A stretch of 64,000 nucleotides of DNA from an uncultured Roseburia sp. (GTDB lineage: Bacteria > Bacillota > Clostridia > Lachnospirales > Lachnospiraceae): contig CANRSX010000025.1 in NCBI GenBank assembly GCA_947642555.1, positions 2,318 through 66,317 of the forward strand. The letters are read 5' to 3'. The notes under the pieces were generated by a model, which was given only the letters and a program-made list of their open reading frames with translations, ran no database searches and had not been told where the DNA came from. The position numbers and the translations under genes were made by a program. How positions within the stretch are numbered: position 1 is the first letter of the stretch; each line of letters begins with the position of its first letter. Positions 8,846 to 17,735 of the stretch are shown one piece after another.

Positions 8846-10438
8846 TTACTCCTGCGCAGCCGCCCACTCGTCGAGCTGTCTCTGCTTCTCGTCCATGATG
8901 GTCTGAAGTCCCGCGTCGTAAAGCGCCTGGTTCATCTCCGCAACCGCTTCCTCCGGATCCACCGAACCGGTGGTAATCGGCGGCAGATATTCATCGACCA
9001 CCGCCTTGCAGGCGATCACTTCATCCGTCACCGGTGAGGAATCAAAGCTGAAGCCATATGCCGCCGATTTTTTCGCACTGGCTCTCCACTCCTGATACTG
9101 CTCATAGAGATCCGGATCATTTCCTTCCCAGAGATGTCCGGCAAACTGATTCGGAATCGCCCAGCCCCAGTCGAGATGATAGCCACAGTTTGCGGAAGTC
9201 ACGCCCTCCGGGAAGGATGCGGTCCCCTCCTCATTTTCTACCCAGTGCACACCCTCCACGCCGAAGTTCATCAGATCGTTTACCTCCGGGCTTCCGATGA
9301 TCCAGTCCAAAAGCTGTACCGCACGGTCCGGGTGCGGCGACACACCATTCACACTGTAGCCCAGTCCGCAGACAGACGTCGTATGACTTAAGGGCTCCGT
9401 AATCGGGATCAGCGACAGATCCATCCCGGTCTGGGACTTCTTCTCCGCCTCTGTGTTTGGTTTATAATTGTCGTTATATGCAAACAGATTACCGGCCATC
9501 ATCAGCGTCATGCCACTGTCCGTGCTGGTGGGCATATCCTTTGAAATGTACCCCGCCTGATACCACTCCCTGGCTGTCTTTACCAGGTTCATCCAGTACT
9601 CTGTCTCATATAAATTGACAACCGTCAGTTCTTCTCCAAAGTTGTCCAGCACGCCCAGCTTATCATTTAACGGGTCGCAGATATACGCCATATCGCCCGC
9701 TCTTCCGAGCCCTTCCGTCGATGCTCCGCCCAGCACCACCATATCCGGGTAGGCTTCCTTCACCTGTGCGAAGACATTTGTGATATCATCCAGCGTCTTA
9801 ATGTCATCCGGGTTGATGCCCAGCTCGTTTAAGATGTCGGTGCGCATCTCGATCCCCTGAGGATTGCAGCGCTCCCGCATGGTGGTCACGCCCCAGATAT
9901 AGCCGCCCACATTACAGCACTCCACATCCTCTTTTCCGACCCACTGTAACGTGTTCGGCATATTGTCCACATAGTCCGTCAGATCCAGCACATAGCCGCT
10001 GTCCACAAAGCTGGCGATATTCATGGCCCAGGCCGGGAACACGTCGATGCTCTCCCCTGCGGATACCATCAGCGAGGTCTGCTGCATCGCCTCATTAATC
10101 GTCATCGGCATCACCGTCAGATTCACATTCAGCTGCTCCTTGGCCAGCCTTGCGATCTCCTCATTCACCATCTCCTGGTCCGCAAAGGTTCCGGACACGA
10201 TGTAGACGAAGGTCAGATCAACCTCCTCCTGATCCGCCAGCGAGACATCTGTGCCGACGCTTCCTGCCTCCCCGCTGTCAGAGCCGCTTCCTCCCGCCTC
10301 TGTCCCGGCGGTACTGCTTCCTCCTGCCGCGCCGCCTCCCGCAGCGTCGCCTCCTGTGCTCTCACCGCCTCCGCCGCATCCGGCCAGCAGTCCGCAGGTC
10401 AGCGCCAGCGTCATTAAAACTGCAATTCTCTTTTTCAT
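8846..10438 (-). CDS. Extracellular solute-binding lipoprotein (LplA-type, CUT1 ABC)
   Basis: 530 aa. Signal peptide plus lipobox LLAGCGG, a Gly/Ser/Ala-rich linker, then an SBP-like body. RBS AAAGGAGGAA. Confidence 0.85.
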   Translation of the reverse strand: MKKRIAVLMTLALTCGLLAGCGGGGESTGGDAAGGGAAGGSSTAGTEAGGSGSDSGEAGSVGTDVSLADQEEVDLTFVYIVSGTFADQEMVNEEIARLAKEQLNVNLTVMPMTINEAMQQTSLMVSAGESIDVFPAWAMNIASFVDSGYVLDLTDYVDNMPNTLQWVGKEDVECCNVGGYIWGVTTMRERCNPQGIEMRTDILNELGINPDDIKTLDDITNVFAQVKEAYPDMVVLGGASTEGLGRAGDMAYICDPLNDKLGVLDNFGEELTVVNLYETEYWMNLVKTAREWYQAGYISKDMPTSTDSGMTLMMAGNLFAYNDNYKPNTEAEKKSQTGMDLSLIPITEPLSHTTSVCGLGYSVNGVSPHPDRAVQLLDWIIGSPEVNDLMNFGVEGVHWVENEEGTASFPEGVTSANCGYHLDWGWAIPNQFAGHLWEGNDPDLYEQYQEWRASAKKSAAYGFSFDSSPVTDEVIACKAVVDEYLPPITTGSVDPEEAVAEMNQALYDAGLQTIMDEKQRQLDEWAAAQE

Positions 10439-10582
10439 GCTACTTTTTCCTCCTTTAAATTTTGTTTTATGAAAACTACATTCGCAGTTTCATTTAATTT
10501 ATTTAATCGCATCTGCCAGGCATTCCGGCGTTATGAGGTCAGACACCTCTGCCCTGACAGCCTGTCATTCTGATTCGCGGAC

Positions 10583-12073
10583 TTAAGCCCGCTTCAGGTG
10601 CAGCAATACCTCCCCCGGGCAGGGCGGCGTAAAATCGATGGCCATCCCGCAGGAAAAGGGCCGCCCTCCGATGATCTCATCCGTTTCGATCCGGTACCAT
10701 TCCACCACAAAAGTCGCATCCGCACCGTAAAGGTTTACTTTAAAGGATCCCGACTCCGGCTGATAGATCAGATATTCCCTTCCCGGATCCGCCAGGCAGT
10801 ACCCGGTGGAGGACACCCAGCCCGCCGGCGCCATCGCGGTCAGATCGATCCGCTTCGCCCAGAAGGCCGCACGCCCGAGAGCTGTCCGCACCGGCTCCTC
10901 CCAGTCCTCCGGCAGCCCGTACTGGTACCGGCCGAAGAGCATGCTGACCGGATTCTCTGCTTCCGATCCGCGGCCAGGGACATCTGCTTTCGCCGGCCCG
11001 GCAGTTCCATCCGGTGTCGGATGCTCTGCGCCCGCTTTCCCGGAGTCCTCCGGCTGCTTCCCGCTGATGTCATCCATAAAAATCGGATTTAAGCCCCGCA
11101 GGAAGGATTTCCACACCCACTGGGAGGTGCCCCAGATCCCGCCCAGGTGGTCGGTATCCGCAAGGATCACCCTGCTGCCATCCGCCGCCGGCGGATTGAT
11201 ACAGTAGTCCGCCGCCGTGCTCTCCACTCCGGGGCTTACCGCCTCCGCATGGCTGACCATAAGGCTCTCATTCTGCGCCGGGACCAGGTGGCTCATCCAC
11301 ACAGGGTGACGCTTTTCCATCATTTTTTCCGTCTCATGAATAAAATCAATCATTTCATACTGCCAGTACCGGGACCAGCGCAGCGCCTCATTGGCGATCT
11401 CATACATGACATTGTCCAGATCATTTACCGTCTCAATCACTTTTTTCACATAATTCTTCTGTAGCGCCGTGATCTTCGGGTCATCTAACGTATGAACCAG
11501 GATCCGCTCCGTCGGCACAAAGGGGTTTTTGTCATTTTCCCCGGACAGCGCGCCGCAGGCGATGGGCGTCGGATTTCCGTCAATGCCGTTGATATTGTTT
11601 TCTCTATAATAAGGATGGCTGTCAAAAATGTAACCCGGCCGCGAATCCACGCTCCAGGCCTCAAAGAGCATGATCGAGACATAAATCCCCCGCTCCCCGG
11701 CCTGTATCACCCGCTGCCGCAGCCGCGTGAAATACTCCTCGTTAAACTGCGTGAGGTCAAACACCGGGCATCCGTTCTCCCGCTGTCCCACCTTCCGATA
11801 GGGCAGCGGTTCGGTAAAGGAATGCATGTTCCGGCCCGCCCCCATCCCGATCGACGATTCCCTGCACCAGAGCCGCAGAAAATTCTGCCCGCCTGCCTGC
11901 ATCCGGTCCAGATAGCCCTCGTAGTCAAAGATTACCGACCGCTCCGGGTGATCCGGGACAATGGCATCCTGAAACACCATCCAGGTATGGGCTCCGGTCA
12001 GATAGATGGCCCTGCCGGAATCGTCCGTAAAATACCTGGGATTTTTCTCACATCTTCTCAATACTCCTGCCAC
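10583..12073 (-). CDS. Clan GH-A TIM-barrel glycosidase-like protein (GH5/GH140-like; family not resolved)
   Basis: 496 aa. N-terminal NPRYFTDDSGRAIYLTGAHTW and MYEIANE (an NE acid/base-type motif). GTG start follows AAGGAGGA, directly after the upstream stop codon. Confidence 0.5.
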   Translation of the reverse strand: MAGVLRRCEKNPRYFTDDSGRAIYLTGAHTWMVFQDAIVPDHPERSVIFDYEGYLDRMQAGGQNFLRLWCRESSIGMGAGRNMHSFTEPLPYRKVGQRENGCPVFDLTQFNEEYFTRLRQRVIQAGERGIYVSIMLFEAWSVDSRPGYIFDSHPYYRENNINGIDGNPTPIACGALSGENDKNPFVPTERILVHTLDDPKITALQKNYVKKVIETVNDLDNVMYEIANEALRWSRYWQYEMIDFIHETEKMMEKRHPVWMSHLVPAQNESLMVSHAEAVSPGVESTAADYCINPPAADGSRVILADTDHLGGIWGTSQWVWKSFLRGLNPIFMDDISGKQPEDSGKAGAEHPTPDGTAGPAKADVPGRGSEAENPVSMLFGRYQYGLPEDWEEPVRTALGRAAFWAKRIDLTAMAPAGWVSSTGYCLADPGREYLIYQPESGSFKVNLYGADATFVVEWYRIETDEIIGGRPFSCGMAIDFTPPCPGEVLLHLKRA

Positions 12074-12085
12074 AGATTCCTCCTT

Positions 12086-13018
12086 TTACGACTCCGCATC
12101 CGGGAAATTCAGCTGCAGCTTGCAGAAGAAATCCTCCAGGGTCAGCCGGTCGTTTAACTTATGGTATACACGGATCTTACGGTTTCCCTGTCCGTGGATG
12201 TACTTCATCGTCTGCGGATCCACCGACGGCGCGGGAAGGATCTCATAGCCGTCCGTCTTCTCGCTCTCCTCCATCAGCACCGCGATCGTCCCCTGGTCGC
12301 CCAGCCCCCAGATCTCGCCGTGGGGCCAGTGGGCGTCTCCCGCGGCAGCCTCGTTAAACTCCGCCATCTGCGTAAACAGGTAACGGCCGATCTTCCCGTA
12401 GGGCCGTACCTTTAACTGCAGCTCCGCCAGCGACACGGTCATCTGCTTATAGACATTCATCGGCACCTGCCAGAGCGGCATCTGTGATTTTAATACGACA
12501 TTTGCCGCATTCACATCCTGCATCAGGTTAAACTCGAATCCGCCCTCCGGGTACGCCCCGCCGCCGATCCAGATCGCCGTCATCCGCTCACAGATCCGCG
12601 GCTCCATCAGGATCGCGGAGGCGAGATCCGTGACCGCTCCCTGCATCCCGATAAACAGCGGCCTCGGATCGTCGCGCATCGCTTCCGTGATAATAAACCG
12701 GGCCCCCTCGGAATCGATCGGCGTATGCTCATCCGTCAGTGCCGTTCCCGCGCCTAAGAAAACCGGGTATTCCTCCCTCACATGCATCAGGTCAAGCACC
12801 TTCACCACCTCGTCGTAGCTGGCCTTCGCCGTCTCTCCCGCCGGATAGCGGCCCATGCAGGTATCAAAATGTCCCGCCACGATACCCCGGACCTCAAACT
12901 TCGGCGTCATCAGGTGATGCGCTACCGCAAACTGGTCGTCCGCCTCGTTCTTGCAGTCCGTATGTACAATCATCCTCACCCGTTTCTGTTCCGGTACGTT
13001 AAATTCATAGGTAAACAT
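12086..13018 (-). CDS. Nucleoside-hydrolase-fold (IUNH-like) protein, divergent N-terminal Asp motif
   Basis: 310 aa. VHTDCKNEADDQFAVAH resembles the DxDxxxDD calcium/ribose motif, but the first Asp is replaced by His and one residue is inserted. First gene of the operon. RBS GGAGAGGAGGAG. Confidence 0.5.
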   Translation of the reverse strand: MFTYEFNVPEQKRVRMIVHTDCKNEADDQFAVAHHLMTPKFEVRGIVAGHFDTCMGRYPAGETAKASYDEVVKVLDLMHVREEYPVFLGAGTALTDEHTPIDSEGARFIITEAMRDDPRPLFIGMQGAVTDLASAILMEPRICERMTAIWIGGGAYPEGGFEFNLMQDVNAANVVLKSQMPLWQVPMNVYKQMTVSLAELQLKVRPYGKIGRYLFTQMAEFNEAAAGDAHWPHGEIWGLGDQGTIAVLMEESEKTDGYEILPAPSVDPQTMKYIHGQGNRKIRVYHKLNDRLTLEDFFCKLQLNFPDAES

Positions 13019-13341
13019 TTTCTCCTCCTCTCCAACAACTATGTTTAGGAAAAGTTGTTTTCGTTTAGTATTCTGTTTAAAAATCGTTTATTTGTTTTGT
13101 TGATATCAGTGTAACCTCCATTATCCTGATTGTCAATCATCAACTTTTTTACGCAAAGTTTTTCGGCATTACGCACAATTATCCCTAAAATGATTCCTTT
13201 ATCTTCTTCCTGTTTTCAACATTTTGCATGATGTAATTTAAACTTCTAAACTTTTTCATTTCTTTTTAAACTTATCCAATCAAATATTGTTAAAATTTTA
13301 ACACATATGTTTAAGAAATGTTTCAGATAAGGTGCTTACAC

Positions 13342-13369
13342 TTGACAAAAGATAAAGTTCGTTTAAAAT
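13342..13369 (+). promoter_or_regulatory. Candidate SigA-type promoter of the LacI-family gene
   Basis: TTGACA (13342..13347), a 16-nt spacer, then TAAAAT (13364..13369), about 35 nt upstream of the start codon. Confidence 0.45.
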
Positions 13370-13405
13370 GGAAGATATCAGAGAAACGTTCGTGAGGTGG
13401 AGATG

Positions 13406-14515
13406 ATGAAAGCTGTAGAAATCGCAAAAAACCTGGGTGTGTCCAAAGCCACCGTATCCCTCGCGTTAAACGGCAAGCCCGGCATCAGCGAAAAGACGAG
13501 GCAGCGGATCCTGGCCTATGCCGCCGGGATGCGGGAGGGCGTGATACTGCCGGACGATGGCGACGGCCGGATCCAGGAGCTTTCCGGTGTCCCGTTTTCT
13601 GCTGCCGCCAATGGGTTTTCCACCCCTTCTGCCGGCGGCGAAAGGCAGATCATCCGGATTATCTCACCGGCCAAAGCTCCTTATCTTTTTTCCAGCCCCG
13701 AGCTGGATCTGCTCCCGGATTTCTTTTCCATATCCGAACGCGCCGCCAGCCGGCTCGGCTATGCGTTAGAAATCCAGTGCCCGAACTTCCTGGCCGATCC
13801 CATCGAGCAGATTGCAGCGGACTGTAACGTTCCGTCCGTCGCGGGCGTTGTGATTTTTGCCTCCGAGCTCACGCATGACGATATTTGTCGTTTCCGCGGC
13901 ATACAAAAGCCTGTCGTCCTTTACGACAATGAGCTTCCCGGGCAGTATTCCAGCGTGACCATCGATAACCGCGGCGCTGCGGGCATGGCAGTGGACTATC
14001 TGTTCCGCCACGGTATCCGGGACATCGGATATCTGTGCATGTCCCGACCGATCTATAATTTTGAGGAGCGCAGGGCGGGCTTTCTGGAAGCCATGGAGGC
14101 CCACAATCTGCCCGTCTCCCCTGAAACCTTTATCACGCTTGGGCAGACAATTGACGAGTGCTATCAGAAAATCAGAACGGACTGGCCGAAATTACCTGTT
14201 CATAAGGCCCTGATCATGGAGAGCTACCATCTGTCCATCGGGGTCCTGCATGCCTTTCGCGACCTCGGCGCCAGGGTACCGGAGGACGTCAGCTTAATCG
14301 GCATCGATATGCTGCCCTCCTACCTCATGGGTGACTGCCAGCTGACCATGATAAAAGTGCCGCACGAAAATCGTGCGACACTTGCCATCACCTTACTGGA
14401 TCACGAAATCCGGGAATCCGCAGAGTTTCGTTCTCATGTTCATATGGAATGCAGGCTGATCGAGGGAGACAGCGTCAGTTCCGCACGGATTTCTTCCGCA
14501 GAAGGCAGGCCGTGA
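13406..14515 (+). CDS. LacI-family transcriptional regulator
   Basis: HTH motif VEIAKNLGVSKATVSLALNGKPGISEKTRQRI and a periplasmic-binding-fold C-terminal part. Possible starts are GTG 13397, ATG 13403 and ATG 13406; I prefer 13406 for its spacing from GAGGTGG. Confidence 0.85.
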   Translation: MKAVEIAKNLGVSKATVSLALNGKPGISEKTRQRILAYAAGMREGVILPDDGDGRIQELSGVPFSAAANGFSTPSAGGERQIIRIISPAKAPYLFSSPELDLLPDFFSISERAASRLGYALEIQCPNFLADPIEQIAADCNVPSVAGVVIFASELTHDDICRFRGIQKPVVLYDNELPGQYSSVTIDNRGAAGMAVDYLFRHGIRDIGYLCMSRPIYNFEERRAGFLEAMEAHNLPVSPETFITLGQTIDECYQKIRTDWPKLPVHKALIMESYHLSIGVLHAFRDLGARVPEDVSLIGIDMLPSYLMGDCQLTMIKVPHENRATLAITLLDHEIRESAEFRSHVHMECRLIEGDSVSSARISSAEGRP

Positions 14516-16751
14516 TCCCCAGAAGCGTAAGCAAAGAGACCGCCTCCGATATCCTCCAGGATGCCGGAATACGATATCGGACGCGGATCTGACCCTCATA
14601 TCCCGCCGGAATCTCAAGACAGATCTGACAGTTTTCCCCCAATGTGACCGCAATCTCCTCCCCGGTCACGGTATCCTCTGCCATATAATTCGGATAACAG
14701 ATCACAGGGAGCGTGATATGGCCTTCCATATCCTGATACGAATTTCTGCACGAGACATATATTTCTCCGTTTTCCCGCTCAAAACCGGTCAGCTCCGCCA
14801 CCCCGTCCGTCCACAGGCGCTCTTCTCCAAACAAACGGATATCCTCCCCCTTCATCAGGTATTCTCCGACCCCGATGCGAAACGTTCCGATTTCATTGGT
14901 ACCGTAACAGTTCAGCTCCTGCGTCTGCGCGGTATAGTCCCGAAAAAACAGCGCGGTCGGAATACAGGAAAATACGACAATTGTAATCGCAGTTCGTTTC
15001 GCACACAGCTCTCCCTTCCGCTGTGCGATCAGCTCAAGCACGGTCAGCAGCAGAAACAGCAGCAGAATCGTTGCGATCGCAAGATACCGCCACGGAAACT
15101 GCACCACGCAAAGCCCTTTCGCCAGAAAACGGCTGATATTCTGCAGACTGTCCCACGGAAAATAAGCTGTGCTGACGACAAGTGCCGCCGATCCGGTCAC
15201 AAAATACAAAAGAGCCAGCCGCTCTGTCTCCATGCGAAGCTTCCCGTATCGGATCCGGTACCAGGCGAACAAGAGCAGCCCTGCCGTCTGCGCGACGCCG
15301 ATCCCCAGTCCCATCTCATTCTTCATGCCGCCGTCCACATTGTATCCGGACGCGCGAATAAACACATCAAAAATCTGAGACAGATACAGTCCCCGGTTCT
15401 GAATGTTCTGCTGCCCACGCCCGTTTAAGACCAGATCCTTCCCGAAATAGGACAAAAACGGAACCAGAAACCACAGATTCAGCAGTATGGTTCCCACCGC
15501 AGCTTTCAAAAGCGCAAAAAATCGTTCTTTTTCACACACGCGGCGTATACAGAGTGCGCAGATCGCTGCAAGAAACAGCCCCGTCATCTCACAGCTGATG
15601 ATATGCGACTGAATCACGCCGGTCAGTCCAAGGATTACCGGAAGGTAATCGTTCAGACGGTAGTTCCGCCGTTTTCCTGCAAGAATATTATAAAATCCCC
15701 AGACAATCAGCGGAAACGCCAGCATCGCTGTATATTCTCCCACCGCGGCCCTGACATAGACATCTGTCAGCCGGTAGGCCGAAAACGTATAGACAGCCGC
15801 TCCCGTTAACGCCAGCCACCTCTTCCCCGACATCCGCTTCACTGCCAGGTATGTCACCAGGCAGGTCGCGCAGTTAACCGCAATGAGAAACAGCTGATAA
15901 GCGGTCTGCAATGGCACCATCATACACTGCAGAATAGCCGGTACATACAAAAACAGGCTCCCGTACATCACCGGAGAAACATAACCGTAACCATTTAACA
16001 TCCCGGTCTCGATCCGCACCGGAAACTGTCCCTTCGAAAGCTCCGCTGCCAGGGAATTGATCCGCGCCAGATGGTAGAGCAGATCATGCCCTTCATATAA
16101 AAAATCCGTGACCAGCGGCAGATTTACCGCAATACAGATCACGGTCAGAATCCCCGCTGCGTATCGCTGCTCCTTTTTCAGATGAAACGGCGCTTCCTCA
16201 AACAACATCAGCCACAGCAGATCCGCCAGCACAAAGAAAATCAGCCCTCCAAGCATACGTGTGACGCGGTAAATGCGTTTCTCCTCCATCGTGACAGATA
16301 TCACCTTCAGATCATTTTCGTCTTCGATTTGAACTACGAATTCCGCATCATCCGGTTTTGTGCCGGCTTTTACCCACACATATGCCCTGGCCTCCTCCTT
16401 TCCGCTCTCAAGATTCACCACACATTCCGTAAACGCAGCCGGATGGTTCTGCGACTGCAGCCTGCACTGTCCGAGAATCTGCGCATAATTCACAGATGCC
16501 GGCCCTGTGCCGGATGCTCTGTCATCCCCCGCGGCATTTCCATAGCGGACCACGACCTCATACGCACCGGCGTCTAATGTAAACGGGCCGGTCGATGTAA
16601 TCCCCGTTTCTCCGCCGTCAAAGGAACAGGTATGGGCCGGTCCGAAGCATTTTGCAGCGAGCAGCAGCACAAAAGCGCACTGAACTGCCACGATCACAAA
16701 AAATATCTTATGTTCCCCGATCCTCTTTTGCAGCTTCATAGTTTTCCTCAT
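14475..16751 (-). CDS. Large polytopic membrane protein, GT-C/YfhO-like putative glycosyltransferase
   Basis: 758 aa. One N-terminal TM helix, a roughly 150-aa soluble insert, at least 10 further TM helices, and a C-terminal soluble domain. The start overlaps the GT2 stop codon (ATGA at 16748..16751). Confidence 0.45.
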   Translation of the reverse strand: MRKTMKLQKRIGEHKIFFVIVAVQCAFVLLLAAKCFGPAHTCSFDGGETGITSTGPFTLDAGAYEVVVRYGNAAGDDRASGTGPASVNYAQILGQCRLQSQNHPAAFTECVVNLESGKEEARAYVWVKAGTKPDDAEFVVQIEDENDLKVISVTMEEKRIYRVTRMLGGLIFFVLADLLWLMLFEEAPFHLKKEQRYAAGILTVICIAVNLPLVTDFLYEGHDLLYHLARINSLAAELSKGQFPVRIETGMLNGYGYVSPVMYGSLFLYVPAILQCMMVPLQTAYQLFLIAVNCATCLVTYLAVKRMSGKRWLALTGAAVYTFSAYRLTDVYVRAAVGEYTAMLAFPLIVWGFYNILAGKRRNYRLNDYLPVILGLTGVIQSHIISCEMTGLFLAAICALCIRRVCEKERFFALLKAAVGTILLNLWFLVPFLSYFGKDLVLNGRGQQNIQNRGLYLSQIFDVFIRASGYNVDGGMKNEMGLGIGVAQTAGLLLFAWYRIRYGKLRMETERLALLYFVTGSAALVVSTAYFPWDSLQNISRFLAKGLCVVQFPWRYLAIATILLLFLLLTVLELIAQRKGELCAKRTAITIVVFSCIPTALFFRDYTAQTQELNCYGTNEIGTFRIGVGEYLMKGEDIRLFGEERLWTDGVAELTGFERENGEIYVSCRNSYQDMEGHITLPVICYPNYMAEDTVTGEEIAVTLGENCQICLEIPAGYEGQIRVRYRIPASWRISEAVSLLTLLGITACLLRKKSVRN

Positions 16752-17692
16752 TTCCGCAGCCGGTTCTCTTCGAGCATCTGATGGCAGCGGATCCGCTCGA
16801 TCTCAAACTGCTGCCGGTTCTTCTGCCCCATCGACTGAAGCACCAGCCCTGAAAAAACGGACTGGATCGCCGCAAGCATCACAAACCCGCAGACAAAAAG
16901 CGTCGGGAAGCGCAGCACCAGCCCGGTCTCGATATATTCCAGGAAAATCGGGATAAAAAACGCCACCGCAACCGCGGCGAGAAGGATCCCGAGCACACCG
17001 AAAAACTGGAGCGGATGATAAACGCAGAACAGACGCCCGACCGTCCGAAGCACCTTCATCCCGTCGGAATACGTATTCAGCTTTGATTTACTTCCCGCAG
17101 GCCGGTCCCGGTATTCGATCACAACGTTTTCGATCTGCATGTTTTTCTCGACCGCATGGATGCTCATCTCCGTCTCAATCTCAAATCCCTTTGAGAGCAC
17201 CGGAAAGGTCTTCACAAACTCATAGCCGAACGCCCGGTAGCCGGTCATGATATCGCAGATGTGATTGCCAAACAGGAAGTTGATGCTTTTGCGCACGATC
17301 CGATTCCCGAAATTGTGGAAGGGGCGTTTATTTTCCTTAAAATAGGTCGAGGAGAGACGGTCCCCCACCACCATATCCGCATTTTTCTCAAACACCAGCG
17401 AAACCATTTCCGGTGCGCTCTCCGCCGGATACGTGTCGTCTCCGTCCACCATGATATAGCATTCCGCGTCGATCTCGCGGAACATCCTGCGAATGACATT
17501 TCCTTTTCCCTGCATGTACTCGTGCCGCACGATGGCGCCGCAGGACGCGGCGATGGCTGCCGTCTGATCCGTCGAATTGTTGTCATACACATAGATCGCC
17601 GCGTCCGGCAGCTGTTTCTGAAATGCCGTCACGACATCCTTTATCGTGCGTTCTTCATTATAGCAGGGGATCAGTACCGCTATTTTATCCAC
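16748..17692 (-). CDS. GT2 polyprenyl-phosphate glycosyltransferase (GtrB/CsbB/DPM1-like)
   Basis: N-terminal IAVLIPCYNEE, the VDGDD motif, and two C-terminal TM helices typical of GtrB/CsbB. GTG start follows AAGAGGAAA. Confidence 0.85.
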   Translation of the reverse strand: MDKIAVLIPCYNEERTIKDVVTAFQKQLPDAAIYVYDNNSTDQTAAIAASCGAIVRHEYMQGKGNVIRRMFREIDAECYIMVDGDDTYPAESAPEMVSLVFEKNADMVVGDRLSSTYFKENKRPFHNFGNRIVRKSINFLFGNHICDIMTGYRAFGYEFVKTFPVLSKGFEIETEMSIHAVEKNMQIENVVIEYRDRPAGSKSKLNTYSDGMKVLRTVGRLFCVYHPLQFFGVLGILLAAVAVAFFIPIFLEYIETGLVLRFPTLFVCGFVMLAAIQSVFSGLVLQSMGQKNRQQFEIERIRCHQMLEENRLRK

Positions 17693-17735
17693 TTGTTTTT
17701 CCTCTTTTCTCTGTTTCTGCAGGCGCCGGACATTC

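Noticed and set aside
10243-10380. Gly/Ser/Ala/Glu-rich low-complexity stretches in the SBP genes (also 35520..35620 and 46480..46600), considered as possible repeat elements.
   Set aside because: They encode the flexible linker after the lipoprotein Cys, which is typical of Gram-positive SBPs. They are not nucleotide-level tandem repeats.
6843-10438. Missing ATPase genes in both CUT1 sugar ABC systems (6843..10438 and 34322..40910), considered as a sign of degradation.
   Set aside because: In Firmicutes, CUT1 importers commonly share a separately encoded MsmX/MsmK-type ATPase, so the absence is expected.
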